Below, piece after piece: positions 24,717-39,193 of a DNA stretch of 64,000 bases. Source of the stretch: Octopus vulgaris (taxonomy: Eukaryota); the NCBI GenBank assembly GCA_951406725.2, contig OX597817.1, forward strand, positions 32,798,001 to 32,862,000, in the 5' to 3' direction. The translations under genes were made by a program, and so were the position numbers. The notes beneath the pieces were generated by a model. That model did no database searches, was not told the origin of the DNA, and saw only the letters and a list, made by a program, of their open reading frames with translations. Within the stretch, counting starts at the first letter, position 1; each line of letters opens with the position of its first letter.

Positions 24717-27267
24717 GGAGAGGGAACGAGTCAGTCATTTAAAAATAAATACTGAATGTCATTTGATTTAAAGTCATTTGATTAAAAACTAAAACTGCAA
24801 TGTAGCATTGATTGTATCCTGAGATCTTTAAACAAATCAATGTTTTCAATAACCAGTATCGAACAGTGAAATATCAGTTGCTAGCTGAAGTTTATTTTTA
24901 TCGCTCTATGTCAGAATCTTACATTGCAAGGAAAATCCCCAAGTATTAAGCTAATATTTTGGAATTTACGTATATGTGCTGTTTTCTTTCCCAGTTGCTA
25001 TTTTCAGTTTTCTGATTAGGAAATGAGATAATTTTGTCAATTAGAAGAAATTATTATTACCAAACATAATTCCAGATAGCGGGGCCTTGTTCAAGGTTAT
25101 TAATGTAATTTTATAACAAAATGTTTATCAAAGTAAAATAATAGTCATATGTGGCCTATTATATCATCCCATGGTGTTAACTGAATAACCAAGTAAAAGC
25201 ATGACATAAAAAAGAGAAAAAAAATCAACTCTGAAAAGGCAGCCATGTTAAATAGTCTCCATCATGTAACCATTGAGCTGAGTCTCATGACATTGTTATG
25301 AAAAAAACACTATGACACTAAAATGATGATACTACTACGCTTTTCAATACTTTTAAGTATTCAAATTAGCTGTAAGTTCATGTCTCTGAAAGGGAGGTGA
25401 GGTGGTGGTAGGTTGCTTTCTTTCTGCTTTTTGGGTGGGGTGGGGGTCTAGCAAGAAAAAGAGGGCCACATCCATGACTCTTTTTAGGAACTTCTGAGAT
25501 GTCTGGGATTAAGGGAGTAAGTTGTTCTCTGACCAGAAACTTAACTCATATGCTTATAACAGAGTGAATTTGATTGAAAACATCCAAGTGCCGAGTGGAT
25601 AGTGTTAAACTAAATGATGTATTAAGTCTCCCAACCAAGAATAGAAACAGCCTCTCTGACAGGCTTCCTCACATCCCCTGTCTACGAAACTTCATTCGCA
25701 AGGCCTTGGTTAACTGTATGTCCTTTCAGAAGATGCTTGGCCAAAATGCTGTGCAATAAGCTGGAACCTAAAACTATGCAGGTATGAAGCAAACTTTTTA
25801 ACCACACAACCATATCTGTGCCACTTCCTTTGTGGGGATACTTTTTACTCTGAATATCAACTCTGTGTTGATAAGAGCTAAATAAGAATTCAATTTTGAA
25901 TCAGATGGTCAATACAAAGATATGAATATCTCTATAAAATTTCTACTATCAGCAACAAATGCAATAACACAGTCCCTGCGATCATGTTTTCATATGCTGC
26001 AACGGAATCCTATACAATCTAAAATTAGAGTTTATAAAGAACTCCTTTGCATACTGAGGAAGATTTTTGAATACTGAGTAAATAGTAATATCTACATATT
26101 CTAAATAATGGTATTAAAAAGCAAGAAAAAAGTTGAGGTTGTATGAAAATTTCTAATTTTGTTGAATACAAATATGCTTATAGAAAAAAAAAAAGAAGAA
26201 TGTTTTGGTCAAATTGAGATATAAAATCATGATTTTACTCATATTTGTGTTTAATGTCATAAGAAAAAAAAAGCAAAAACAAAAAAAAAAAAACTAGCAT
26301 TATCATGTGCTTCTAGATAGAAAAGAATATTATTTGCTTATATTTTATTTGCTATATAATATACTACAAAATGTTTGAATAAGAGTCAATGAGAGAGATA
26401 GGTTGAGAGATAAAGAGAATGACAGAGCTAGAAAGATGTAGCTGAATAAGGAAGAAAAACCAGAAAGGAGTGAAAAGTGTCCATTTTTCCCAATGCACAC
26501 TTCATAGTCATATAAATCTAATTGTGTCCTGTCCAGTGTGATGAGGTCAAAGAATCCCAAGAATCTTGCATTGCAATGATGCCAACTTTTCTGTTAAGAA
26601 TGCAGGAATGTTCTATTCTTTGAGAAAGTACAGGATTTTCCTGAAACTTTCAAGGCTATTATCGTTTTCATTATTAATTGAAGATGAGTGTAAACTGAAA
26701 GAGTCACAAGTTAGATATTTTCTTATCTTGGCATGTAAGACTGTATATAGCTAGACAGATCAATAGAGAAGCAGTAAGTGTAAAGTATGAATGCTGGAGG
26801 ATAGCAATTTTGTTTTTATTAAATTATCATATGATGCCAGTGAGGTGGCAGGATTCTTAGTGTGTAGGAATAAATACTTTTTGCTATTTCTTTTAGATCT
26901 TTACATTGCGAGTTCAAATCCCATTGAGGTCAACTTTGCCTTTCATCTCCCCAGGGTTAGTAAAATAAAGTACTAGTCAACTGCTGAGGTGAATGTAATC
27001 AACACCTCTCTTCACATCAAAATTGCTGGCCTTGTGCCTAAGTTAGAAATAATTAAGTTATACATCATATGAATAGATGCAGGTGTGACTGTGGTAAGAA
27101 GATGGCTCTCCAACCACAAGGTTTGGGGTTCAATGCCACTGCCTGGCACCTTGGAGCAAGTGTCTTCTATATCCCTGAGCTGATTAAAAACTATATAAGT
27201 GAATTTGATAGAGGGAAACTGAAAGAATCCTGTTGTTCACATGTGCGTGCACATATATTTATATATG

Positions 27268-27344
27268 TGGCTGTGTGGTAAGAAGGTTGCTTCCTATCTT
27301 ACATGGTTCCAGGTTCAGTCCCACTATGTGGGACCTTGGGTAAA

Positions 27345-27394
<50 letters not shown>

Positions 27395-27592
27395 TTGTGC
27401 CCACCATCATCGCTTGACAACCAGTGTTGGTGTATGTACGTTCCCATAACTTAGCAGCAAAAGAGATTGATAGAATCAGTACTAGGCTTACAAAGAATAA
27501 GTTCTCGGGTTGATTTGTTCGACTAAAAAGGCAGTGCTCCAGCATGGCCACAGTCAAATGACTGAAACAAATAAAAGATTAAAAAGAATAAT
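27268..27592 (+). mobile_element. SINE family A with internal deletion up to the microsatellite
   Basis: Head to ccttggg, then (TA)n(TG)n, then the 3' half. Another 5' half at about 27075-27235. Confidence 0.8.
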
Positions 27593-27819
27593 AACATGAA
27601 TCTTTCAATGCTTGGAGATCTTACATAACTTCCTAATTTGAGGTAGTGATACAGTGTTACATCATATGCATTTTTTATTATTTATCTTAGCTTATTGGCA
27701 ATATTTGTTTTAATAAGCTGTTCAGTGACAAAGGTTAAATCAGTCCTAAAGAGATTCAGATTTGAAATTTCACAAAGACCGGTTATTGTTTGGACACTAA
27801 ACACTTCGTTGTTGGGACA

Positions 27820-28271
27820 TTAACGCTTTAATATTCAGGTTATTCTGTCAAATGTAATGCATATTTATTCACATTGTTTTAACCCTTTAGTATTCAAACT
27901 GGCCATATCCGGCCAGAATATTTAACCTGTTTTATATTGAAACTGACCAGATCTCACTTCTCACCTCAGCCCTACCATGTCATTCTAAAACTAAAAAACC
28001 ACATCACTGTAATCTCTAAACTACAAGATAATGCATGATTAATTCAAAACAATATAAATAAACAAACATCACATTTGACAGAATAATCTGAACACTAAAG
28101 GGTTAAATCAATCATGCATTATCTTGGAGTTTTGAGATTACGATGAAGTGATTGCTTATTTTAAAAATTATATTGTAGGATAGATGTAAGAATCTAGGTC
28201 TAGCTGCTTTGAATGCAAAACAGGTAGAATATTTGGGCCAGATATGGCTGGTTTAAATGCTAGAGGGTTAA
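27820..28271. mobile_element. MITE family F (outer copy) containing an inverted F copy
   Basis: TTAAcgctttaatattc..aatgctagagggTTAA; split at 27879-28106. Confidence 0.85.
27879..28106. mobile_element. MITE family F (inner copy, opposite orientation)
   Basis: TTAA-CCCTTTAGT ... ACTAAAGGG-TTAA. Confidence 0.88.
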
Positions 28272-28732
28272 ACCACTTTATTGTTGATCCTCTAGGTTTG
28301 AGAAAAACATCGAAGTAAAATGGTAATTAGAAACTTTAATATCATTTGGAAGAGTAAAATGATATTTCCCTAATTTTTTTTTTACTCTTAAAGTAAACTG
28401 GAAATGGTGAATTAAATGTCGGCGTTTGCTCTCAATCTAAATTGCTTTCACAATATTCCACATTACCAATATGGTTTCTATATTAGACACATTTCAGTAA
28501 CAACACCAGTTTCCTTTTTCCTTGCAACTCAATGCCGAACATGTTTATGAAAGTATACATACATATATATAGAGCTTATGTCAAGCTGTCTAACTGAAAG
28601 GCACCAATATTTGATGAGGTAGCATTAATAGAACATCTAATCACATATTGAGGTGCCTGCTTCTTTCTAATCCATTTTCTTTCTGCTTTCCATTTTTCTC
28701 TAAACTTTCATGGGTTTAACAGTTTTATAAAT

Positions 28733-29130
28733 TTAACCCTTTTGTTACCAACACAGCTGAAACCGGCTCTGGCTCTGAATACAAATGTCTTGTTATCATA
28801 AGTTTTGAATTAAAATCTTCCACCAAACCTTAATCACAATTTATGTTCCTAACACTAGCTGAATGATAACAAAATTATTTTACTAAATTCTTTGTTATCA
28901 TCATCATCGTTTAGCGTCCGCTTTCCATGCTGGCATGGGTTGGACGGTGCAACTGGGGTCTGAGAAGCCAGAAGGCTGCACCAGGCCCAGTCTGATCTGG
29001 CAATGTTTCTACGCCTGGGTGCTTTTTACGTGCCAGAGGCACCGGCCGGCCACCGGTTATATTTAAAGTAATTAAAAGAAACACAGAGCTTCTCAAAAAA
29101 AAAAAAAAAATACAATAACGAAAGGGTTAA
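28733..29130. mobile_element. MITE family E interrupted by family D
   Basis: TTAA-CCCTTTTGTTAC..ATAACGAAAGGG-TTAA, with an insert at 28899-29055. Confidence 0.88.
28899..29055 (-). mobile_element. Family D, truncated, GTTAT TSD
   Basis: GTTAT at 28894-28898 and 29056-29060, where uninterrupted E copies have a single GTTAT. Confidence 0.85.
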
Positions 29131-30212
29131 ATATTTTGTACTATTAAAATGATAATGTTTTTACTAGATGTCTAAAATGGGAGTAATATTTTCTTTTTGA
29201 TTATGTTAAAATCATGTTGAAATATGGAACGTGCTGTTTCTAGTCCATCTGAAAATAATATACATGTTTCATGTCACAATTTAAGTTTATGACCGGTTAC
29301 CATGTGAAATCTACTTCTAAAATGAACAGCATTAGTTTTCTATCCTCTAAGCTTTCAAACTTGTGGCTATCATGTATTTTATACTTGCATTCTGTCCCAA
29401 ATAAAATTAATATTCCTACAAAAATCATCCTTATTTTGTGTCTGGTTTTAAAACTTTTTTCCTTCCCTTTTTGTTTTGACATAATATCAAGTTATTTTAT
29501 TCTTTTTTTAAATATCCCGTCCTTTTTTTCCTGTGTTGGCATATCTTTTGTATGACTAGGAAATTGTATTATTCTCTCTTCTGTTAATGGCCACAGGGGA
29601 GATGTGTCATACTTGGCAAGCTATTTGAGCCTCTGCCTCTAGTGAAAAATCTGTTATTGGCTATATTTCTGTAATTTTATCTCGATGGATGGCTGTCATG
29701 ATATATGACTCCGATCAAGATCACATTCCACTTGTATTACTTGAAGAGTACTAAGTAGTATATAACATTATTATAGCAGTTTCACATGTACTCGTAGTTT
29801 TGAAATAACCAAGCACAAAACCACAGTAACCGGGTTCTAGTTTTCTTCAAGGTTCAAGACACATTCCAAATATTGGAGAGTATATAACAGAAATAAATGA
29901 AAAGGCATGGACTGGTTTGCAATTTCCATATTGATTATCTTTCTCATTCCAGTGGCATCCTTTCTCATTTCTGATATTGTACTTGGTTTTGTATTTGAAT
30001 GAATGTTTCATTTTGCATGGATGTGTGATCAAAAACTCATGTGAATGCTTGTGTTTTTTATAGTTGTTATATACTGGAATTTGTATTTATTATTTGTTTA
30101 CACTTACATACATACATGTATGTGTAAGTGTGTGTCTGTGTGTATACACATTTATATTTGTGTATATATGTAATATGTGTGTATATATGTGTATATATGT
30201 GTGTGAATTATC

Positions 30213-30400
30213 TTCATCATCGTTTAACGTCCGTTTTCCATGCTAGCATGGGTTGGATGGTTCGACCAGGGTCTGGGAAGCCAGGAGGCTGCACCAGGCT
30301 CCAGTCTGATCTGGCAGTGTTTCTACAGCTGGATGCCCTTCCTAACGCCAACCACTCCGAGAGTGTAGTGGGTGCTTTTTACGTGCCACCGGCACAGGTG
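30213..30400 (-). mobile_element. Family D 3' part, young
   Basis: Near-identical to the copies at 53893 and 48311. Confidence 0.88.
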
Positions 30401-30764
30401 AATATATATATATTTAATGTATGAATGTAAGTATATGTGTTTGTGTGTGTGTGTGTGTGTATGTGCATGCACACATGCACACACACATACAAAATCATTA
30501 TTTTACATCCACTTTCCATGCTGATAATGAGTTAAACTGTTCAACAGGTTTCAGTGAGTTGAGGGATTATGTCTTGTTGTAGTATCCCATTGTTGACATG
30601 GTTTTTGAAGCTGGATGGGGAAGGAGAGATATTTAACATACATAGATTGAGTGCCTGCCTTTCATTTATGGGTGGTATGTTACAATGAGTGAAAGATATG
30701 AGGGTAAAAGAAAGGATGGTGTGCAAAATGGTAGGAGGATCTGAGGGTATAGAATAGCCAGTAG

Positions 30765-31067
30765 TTTGTTTTTGCTGTTTGTTCCATCTTGAGCCACGCC
30801 TGGCTCATAAGGGCCAGTTTCCCGGTTTCCTTGGCGTATAGGTTCCCCACCTGGATGGGACGCCAGTCCGTCACAGGTAAGCTGCAAGATGCAGGAGGAA
30901 AGAGTGAGAGAAAGTTGTGGTGAAAGAGTCAGCAGAAGTTCGCCATTACCTTCTGCCGGAGCCGCGTGGAGCTTAGGTGTTTCGCTCATAAACACACACA
31001 TCGCCCGGTCTGAGATTCGAACCTGCAATACCTCGACCGCGAGTCCGCTGCTCTAACCACTAGGCCA
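30765..31067 (-). mobile_element. SINE family C
   Basis: Reverse complement of 14967-15227 without its internal deletions; GCCAGTAG at 30757-30764 and 31064-31071. Confidence 0.9.
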
Positions 31068-31149
31068 GTAGACAGAGAAGTATGTATATACTATCTCACT
31101 TTTTCAATTAGTATTTATTCAAGTTTGTGATGGAGATCAGGACTTCTAT

Positions 31150-31528
31150 GGCAATATTTTGTACCAGTTGATGCAATCCTCTGTCAGCTTCTTCTTTAGA
31201 TGTTATATCTTGAAATCGTTTTCATCACCTCATTCCATGTCTTCTTCAGTTTCCCTCTTTCACTGCTACCATTCACTTGGAATACTTAGCACTTGATTAT
31301 GCAGCTGTCATCCTCTATTTGCATTGCATGAGACATCTGATCCTCTCATATCCAGTTTGTCTCTTAGTTCATTCATACTTAGTTGTTCATGGACATTAGC
31401 ATTACACATCAAGTCAAGCATATTCATTTCTCTCTAGTTTTTATTTGCTCTCGACACTTAAGGCCCGCATCTTGCTGCTGTGCAACAGTGTCCTTTGCAC
31501 ACAAGCATCATATGATCTGCCTTTGACT
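31150..31528 (-). mobile_element. Degenerate RTE-clade LINE ORF C-terminal relic
   Basis: Minus strand reads VKGRSYDACVQRTLLHSS.., MCNANVHEQLSMNELRDKL.. and RGKLKKTWNEV. These resemble RTE motifs after the RT domain (LYxACVRxxMLHGSETW, RGRPRKTWxEV). Confidence 0.7.
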
Positions 31529-32117
31529 AAAGAAGGATAAATTCTTCAGTTCCACTGTGCAGCATATTGGGCAAGTGTTTTCTACTGTAGCCCTTCAATG
31601 ACCAAAGATTTGATTGTGAATTTGATTGACAGAAACTGTATGTGTGCATCTTGAGAGCATGCACTAATTCTAAACAAATTTGGCTGTCATAGCAGCTTAC
31701 ATGTTTCTTTGCGAAATTTTTGGTAAACATGTCTGGTCTAGAGGTAGGTGAGGGTTAGGAACAAGAAGAGCACCTGGCTATAGAAAATTCTGCCTCAATG
31801 AATCTCCTCTGATCCATGCAAGCATGGGAAAGTGAATGTTGAAATGAGAATAATGAGGTATATGTGTATGTATATATGTATGTATGTGTTTGTATATGGA
31901 TGTGTATGTATATATAAATGAGCGTGTATGTATATATTTATATATAAATATATGATAATATATATATGTATATATAATTAAAAAAATAAAGTCAACAGAA
32001 GTATACCATAATACTACTGGCTCTTTGGTAATTCCAAGGGTGAACTAGCTCTATTTGGTACTCTACTACGTTCCTAATGGAATACACCTTAAATATATAT
32101 ATACATATATGTGTGTG

Positions 32118-32186
<69 letters not shown>

Positions 32187-32292
32187 CGTATATATGTGGA
32201 TATATGTAGAAATGGATATACATATATATGGGTATGTGCATATATGTATGTATATGTACATATGTGTTTATATATGTAGGCGCACATGCACA

Positions 32293-32332
<40 letters not shown>

Positions 32333-33840
32333 TGTGTATGTATATATACCATGCTGATATCTGTATGTGCATTCAGGCAAGCATTGATTTCAGTGCATAG
32401 ATATGCACTTGTCTATATTTTGATCAGTTACAGTTACACAAATGCCAAACTGAATAACTCTGGTGTATTGTATTTCTGAATGGCACTGAAGATATATATT
32501 CAAGAAGAGGATGATTAATAAATCTCCCGAGAGTCAAAAATACTTGAGACAAAGCTTATGTTACTCTATGATGGTTTCTGATCAATTCACTATTAATGTA
32601 TCTCTTGTTGTTCATGCTGATTTCGAATTCTGTGTTTCTATTGCTTTCTACAACAGATGCAACTTTCCAATACTTTTGGATGCTGCCTTTGTATCAAAAA
32701 TTTTTCATTTGATCCATTCTAAAAAGAAAGCTCTTTCTTTACATTGTTTTTTGGCATATGTTTTTCTTTTGTTTTTTTTTCTTTTTTTTCCCCCCTGTTC
32801 TTAAAGTATCATTACTTTGGTTGCTTTGTAACCTGCTGGTCTCTTCCAGCTGTTACTGGAGCCATTGGCCTACATTGGTTTTGGTTTGACAGTTCTGCTG
32901 ACTTTCTGCACTGTCTTCAAAGTACCAGTTGCTATTGTTCTGTGTCCAATGACTAAAACTACTAGTGTGCTAAGAGAGGGAGAGAGCGAGCGCGAGAGAG
33001 AGAGAGAGAGAGTGAATGAGTGAGACTAGGAATAATTACTAGAACAAACAGAAAGAGGCAGATTTAGATTGTAGTAGGAGGAAAAGCAGGAAGAGTTGTA
33101 GCATACAGATACTAGTTAAAACTAGGAAGGTATGTACAAGTTGATATAGACAGTGAAGGAATTAGGGTTGGAGTGGAGATGCAAGGCATCAATAGAGATA
33201 ACAGAGAGATATTCAGACTTTATAGGCTGTCATAGAAAGTGCTGGAATGCAGAGACATCAATGATAACAGGTGCAGCATGTGTATTTACGCATGGTGGCG
33301 GAGGAGAACGATATAAGAAAAGAAGAGGCGGGGAATATCAATAGAGAGAATGAGATAAAAGCCAGCGATAAATATTTCAAAGGAGTAATAGTGAAAATGT
33401 AGAAACTGATAGAAACAAGGGGGGGGGGGGAAAGGAAGGTAGAATGAGATAGAAATAAGAGTAAAAAGAAGCGGGGGGGGGGGAGGGGTGGAAGCAAGAG
33501 GATGTAGTAGATATCAGATGTATTAGATGCGTAAGAGAGGTAGTAGGATTTGTGTGTATGTGTGTTGTAGAAATACGAGCCATGCACTGAAGATATAGTC
33601 TGATAGAAATGGCGGGAACATAAGGGAAATGTATATCAATAAACAGACAATAAGAAATGTATATACACCAATTGAGAGTATATGCGATTAACTCATGCAT
33701 GAAGAACAGCTCTGTGCAAAGTGTATATAATGTTTAGCAACAAGCGTTTCAGACAAATCAAACAAAGCACTGACTCTGCCTTTTTTTTTTTTTTTGTTAA
33801 ATCTGTTAATTTTATAAGATTTATTTAAAACATGTACAAT

Positions 33841-34212
33841 AGGTGCAGGAGTGGCTGTGTGGTAAGTAGCTTGCTAACCAACCACATGGTTCCGGGTTCA
33901 GTCCCACTGCATGGCATCTTGGGCAAGTGTCTTCTGCTATAGCCCCGGGCCGACCAATGCCTTGTGAGTGGATTTTGTAGACGGAAACCGAAAGAAGCCT
34001 GTCGTATATATGTATATATATATATATGTGTGTTTGTGTATGTGTGTTTGTCCCCCTGGTGTGTTTACGTCCCCGTCACTTAGCGGTTCGTCAAAAGTGA
34101 CCGATAGAATAAGTACTGGGCTTACAAAGAATAAGTCCCAGGGTCGATTTGCTCGACTAAAGGCGGTGCTCCAGCATGGCCACAGTCAAATGACTGAAAC
34201 AAGTAAAAGAGT
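33841..34212 (+). mobile_element. SINE family A, young subfamily
   Basis: Full layout with a small deletion after tttgtccccc. Confidence 0.9.
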
Positions 34213-34561
34213 AATAGATTTCAGTTCCATATCTATCATTTATTTATTTATTCATTGATTTATTTGTATGTTTGTATGTTTATTGGTTAAATAAATATGT
34301 GGTTCAGGTGAGAGTAGAAGGCGGTTTGCTCAAAATGGTGCAGAGTGAGACTGAACCCAAGACCATGTGGTTGAGAACTTCTTAATCACACAGCTAGGCT
34401 TGCATTTTTCTGTGTGTGCATGTATGTGTGTTATCTATATATGAATACATATATGTATAAATGTATGTTTGTATGTATGTATGTGTGAGTGTGTGTATAT
34501 GTATATGTACATTTGTGTGTATATATATGTGTATTAGTATATATAGATATATATGAGTGTA

Positions 34562-34800
<239 letters not shown>

Positions 34801-34802
34801 GG

Positions 34803-34962
34803 TGGGCTTCTTTTGGTTCCCGTCTACCAAATCCACTTACAAGGCTTTGGTTGACCCAAGGCTATAGTAGAAGATACTTGGCCAAGGTACGATGCAATGG
34901 GACTGAACCTGGAACCATGTGGTTTGTAAGCAAGCTGCTTACCACACAGCCACTCCTGCCCC
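34803..34962 (-). mobile_element. SINE A 5' half
   Basis: Ends at the position of the central microsatellite. Confidence 0.85.
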
Positions 34963-34987
34963 TAAATATTCACACACACATGTGTGA

Positions 34988-35065
<78 letters not shown>

Positions 35066-36961
35066 GTGTATGCACATATATATATATACATATGTATGCA
35101 TTCATGTATATACATGTATGTATGTATGTATGAATACATGTATAAATGCAGATAGATGTGTGCATGTCTTCATATTTATCTAATGTATGTGTATATATTT
35201 AATCATTAACATACATATCATATTCATATACCTGTATTTATACACTTACACTCACATATATACCCACACATACACCCACACAGACACGCATACTTTTGAA
35301 TTTTGCATACTTTTATGTGCATTTACATCTATTTTTGAATATCTCTATTTGGAAAGGTTTTTATAGCTTAAATGTATGTTTGTGAATAATCAAATGATGT
35401 GTGAAAGAAGTTTAAAAGATCAGCATGTCGTATTATAGAATATGGAAAAGCGTTTGTTTATCTGTTCCTTTCCATCCATTTTAAAAATTGACATCACATC
35501 TTACCTCAGGCTTAAGCCTAAATTAAATTAAGAACACATGAAAAATCTTCTCATGGTATCATTATTTTCCACTTTATTTGTGGGGGGGGGAAAAAAATAT
35601 ATATATATAGTGAATGCATTTTAAGCATCAGTAGTAGACTTATAGAAATAAATATAGGAATTTCTTGCTGTTTTGCACCTAGTGAACTATTGAAGTGTAC
35701 TGTTGTTGTTGTTTAAGATGAGGTTTAATAGCAGGTAGCATTTGTAAAAATGCTATATATTGTTATTGATATATCATGTTGATTCTTGTATTGTGCATTA
35801 ACCTCATCAAACAATGCCTGTTATGAAAATAAAGATCATGAACCTTAAAGGAATTATCATTATTATTAAGGTCTCCTTTAAACTGGAAATTCACTCTGTG
35901 TGAGTGAGTGAGTGTGTGTGTGTGTTATTTGTACATACATCTATGTGCACTTGTTTCATGACTCATAGCGCTGTTGTTTTCGGTTTTCCACTTATTATGT
36001 TCAGATTATGAGCGCCATTCTCGTTATTTTTATGCACTTTTCTGATCTCTTTTGTCATCTCTTTATGTTGCTCTGTGTGTGTGTGTGTGTGTGTGAGTGT
36101 GTACTTTTATAATATCTAATTGTTTCTATAAAGTTGTATTTTCAAATTAATGAATATTTACATTTGTTGCTCTCTTCATTTTCTTGTAGCTGTTTTATAG
36201 CTGTGTACAATATCAAAACATGTTTATATGGATCTCTATATTTATTTATATATATATATATGTGGTTGTATGGTTAAGGTAAACACAGATATGACTGTGC
36301 AGTGAAGGTAAGCATATGTATGACTGTGTACTTAAGAGAGAATTTCACTTCATAATCGCATGATTTTAGGCTCAATCCACTTGTGTGTGACATTGTGGGT
36401 AAGTGTCTTCTACTGTAGCATTGAGTCAACCTTATGAGTAAAATTTGGTAGATGGAAACTGAATGGAAGCCTGTCATATATATGTAAGTACATATATGTG
36501 TGCATAGATCTCCTCCAATTCTGCTATTAGTAGCTATGATATACTGAGAAAGGATGGAGATTTATCAAGTCTAAAATAAGATAAAACTCTCTATAGATGC
36601 TTATTTAAAGTGGCATCTATTATACTCAAATGAAATGCTCACTAAAATACAATTGTGTTGTTAATTATCCTTTCACTAATAAAATCAAAAGTAAGTGTAA
36701 CAAATATATTATTCACATGACAAAGCATTGGCCAAATGTAGATATTCCTTCATTTAATATTCACTTTTTTTCTATGATGGCATGAGTTAGACAAGGACAT
36801 ATTTGAGGCAAGATTTTGACTGACCTCTCTTCCTGGCTGGTCTTCTTTTACCTGCTTTTTAAGTAAGAAATTTCTCATTCCACAGGTCTTCAAATGTGAC
36901 TGGTCATAATGTAAACATGTCACTATTTTGCTCAAATTAAGCTGTAGTATGTTAACATTCA

Positions 36962-37002
<41 letters not shown>

Positions 37003-37059
37003 TGCATGGTTAAGGTGTCGCATTCACAGTGGGTTTCAACCAAAATCCGCATGGCTGTG

Positions 37060-37286
37060 AACCGATTCGAGCGAGGTTGTTGCCAGTACCACCTGACTGG
37101 CCCTGTGCCGGTGGAACGTAAAAAGCACCCACAAAACACTCTCGGAGTGGTTGGCATTAGAAAGGGTATCCAGCTGTAGAAACTCTGCCAGATCAAGATT
37201 GGAGCCTGGTGCAGCCATCTGGTTCACCAGCCCTCAGTCAAAATCGTCTAACCCATGCTAGCATGGAAAGTGGACGTTAAACGGTA

Positions 37287-37318
<32 letters not shown>
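37060..37318 (+). mobile_element. Family D retroposon
   Basis: ctgtgccggtggaacgtaaaaagcaccc..catggaaagtggacgttaaac(GAT)n. Confidence 0.85.
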
Positions 37319-38333
37319 AACTATCTCAATTTCTATGATGATGAAATATTTAAAAAGTTTTCCTTTTCTAGAAAGTGTGTAACATAAACAAATACTATAT
37401 TACTTTAATTTAAAACAAAGATTACCCTTTTTTCTAGATAAGCCACTACAAGTTCAAAATTTTCGTTGTTTTTTATTTTGTTTGTTTCTAAGTTGGTATA
37501 TTTTTAGAGTACTTGGCTGGATACTTTTAATGAAGTATTTAAGCTGATGGCTGAAGGTTACTCTCATGATATATAGTGGGAGATACAAAATAATTAGCCC
37601 TTGATATCAGATTTCACTGATGGTAGATTAGAATGATAATAATCTTGACTCTTAGGATAAAAATCAAAATAAGATATATATTTATAGTAATTATTGCTTG
37701 CCAACATTGAAAAATGTTATTTTATGGTCGTAGAAAATGTGTATACTTTCAAGCTTATGTTCCAAGCCACTAAATATTAGTTATTTTATTTTATATTGGG
37801 GCTTTCATTGAATGACTTTCACCTGTTACTGCCAATGTTTTCAAAGATTCCATCCTTGTATTAAGGAGCAGGACTGGCTATGTGGTTAAGACACTAAATT
37901 GCTTCACAACCTTGTACAAGTGTCTTCTTCTATAGATCCTGGCTTGTGAATGAATTTAGTTGCTGGCAACTCGAAGAATCCTTTTATATATATGTATATA
38001 CATGTGTATGTGTGTGTTTCTCCTTATTTTGACATCATGTGCTAATTGTAAACAAGCATCACCATCATACAAGTGGTGTTGTTTGTTTCCAATCTTCTGT
38101 GATATCATGTGCAGCCAAAGGGAATCAAGTGAGGGTTGGCAACAGAAAGGCCATTCAGTTGTAGAAAATATGCCTCAACCAGTCTGAAACATGAAAAATG
38201 GAGTGTTTAAATGATGATGATGATACTATTCATATGGTCATGGTTTTATTTGATTCCAGTGATTTCAGTATATTACTGGTATAAATTTTATTGAGTCTTG
38301 AGAATTTGCAAAGAAAATCACCTTCAGCAAGGC

Positions 38334-38561
38334 TTAACCCTCTCATTACCAACCCGGCTGAAACCACCTTTGGCTCTGAGTACAAATATCTTGTTTTCAT
38401 AAGTTTTGAATTAAAATCTTCCACCAAACCTTAGTCACAATTTATGTTCCTAACACTAGCTTAATGATAACTAAGTTATTTTACTAAATTCTTTGTTATA
38501 TTTAAAGTAATTGAAAGAAACACAGAGCATCTCAAAATAAATACAGTAACGAAAGGGTTAA
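38334..38561. mobile_element. piggyBac-type MITE family E
   Basis: TTAA-CCCTCTCATTAC..GTAACGAAAGGG-TTAA. Confidence 0.9.
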
Positions 38562-38629
38562 ACCAAGATAAGTGAAATATTAAACTAGAGCTGTAAAATA
38601 TCTTTATCAGTTTATTAACATGGTGCTGA

Positions 38630-38843
38630 GATGTCCTTGTCTTGCAAGCCACTTGGTGACCCCATGGGTACTGGTGCCACATGAAAAGCACCTGTGCCAG
38701 GACCATGTACAAGCACCCAGTACTCTCATAGTAACCATGTCAAAACAGATAATTGAGGCCTGGTGCAGCCCTCCAGATCGCCAGCTTCTGTCAAATCGTC
38801 CAACCCATGCCAGCATGGAAAACAGATGTTAAATTATAATAAT
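38630..38843 (+). mobile_element. Older family D-type copy
   Basis: ggtgccacatgaaaagcacc..cgtccaacccatgccagcatggaaaacagatgttaaa. Confidence 0.7.
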
Positions 38844-38852
38844 GATCTAAAT

Positions 38853-39107
38853 CAGCGGCTCTCAACCAGGGGCCATATAACCCTTAGGGGGTCTATACAA
38901 GATTTTGTTGCTAAAATTTGTGTAATAAATTGGTCTTAGTTCTACAATACACAAAATATTTTAGCAATTTTTTTATACAATTCCTTTTGATATTTAATCA
39001 TAAAAATATAATTCGATTTTTGAAATATCGAATGGCTATGAGAGTCAACCCTAGTAAAATATGAATCCAAAGAGGTCCATAAGCAAATAAATGGTTGAGA
39101 ATCACTG
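38853..39107. mobile_element. hAT (Charlie-like) MITE family G
   Basis: TIRs cagcggctctcaacca / tggttgagaatcactg; 8-bp flanks ATCTAAAT / ATCTAAAC. Confidence 0.85.
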
Positions 39108-39193
39108 ATCTAAACCATCCATATTATAATGATGAGAGAGATTTCTTCTCAACCCTTTAGCATTGAATCTTTTACAAAGTAAATGTAGTAAAT

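Noticed and set aside
33418-33492. G-runs as a G-quadruplex element
   Set aside because: Simple homopolymers in a purine-rich low-complexity tract; no evidence of function.
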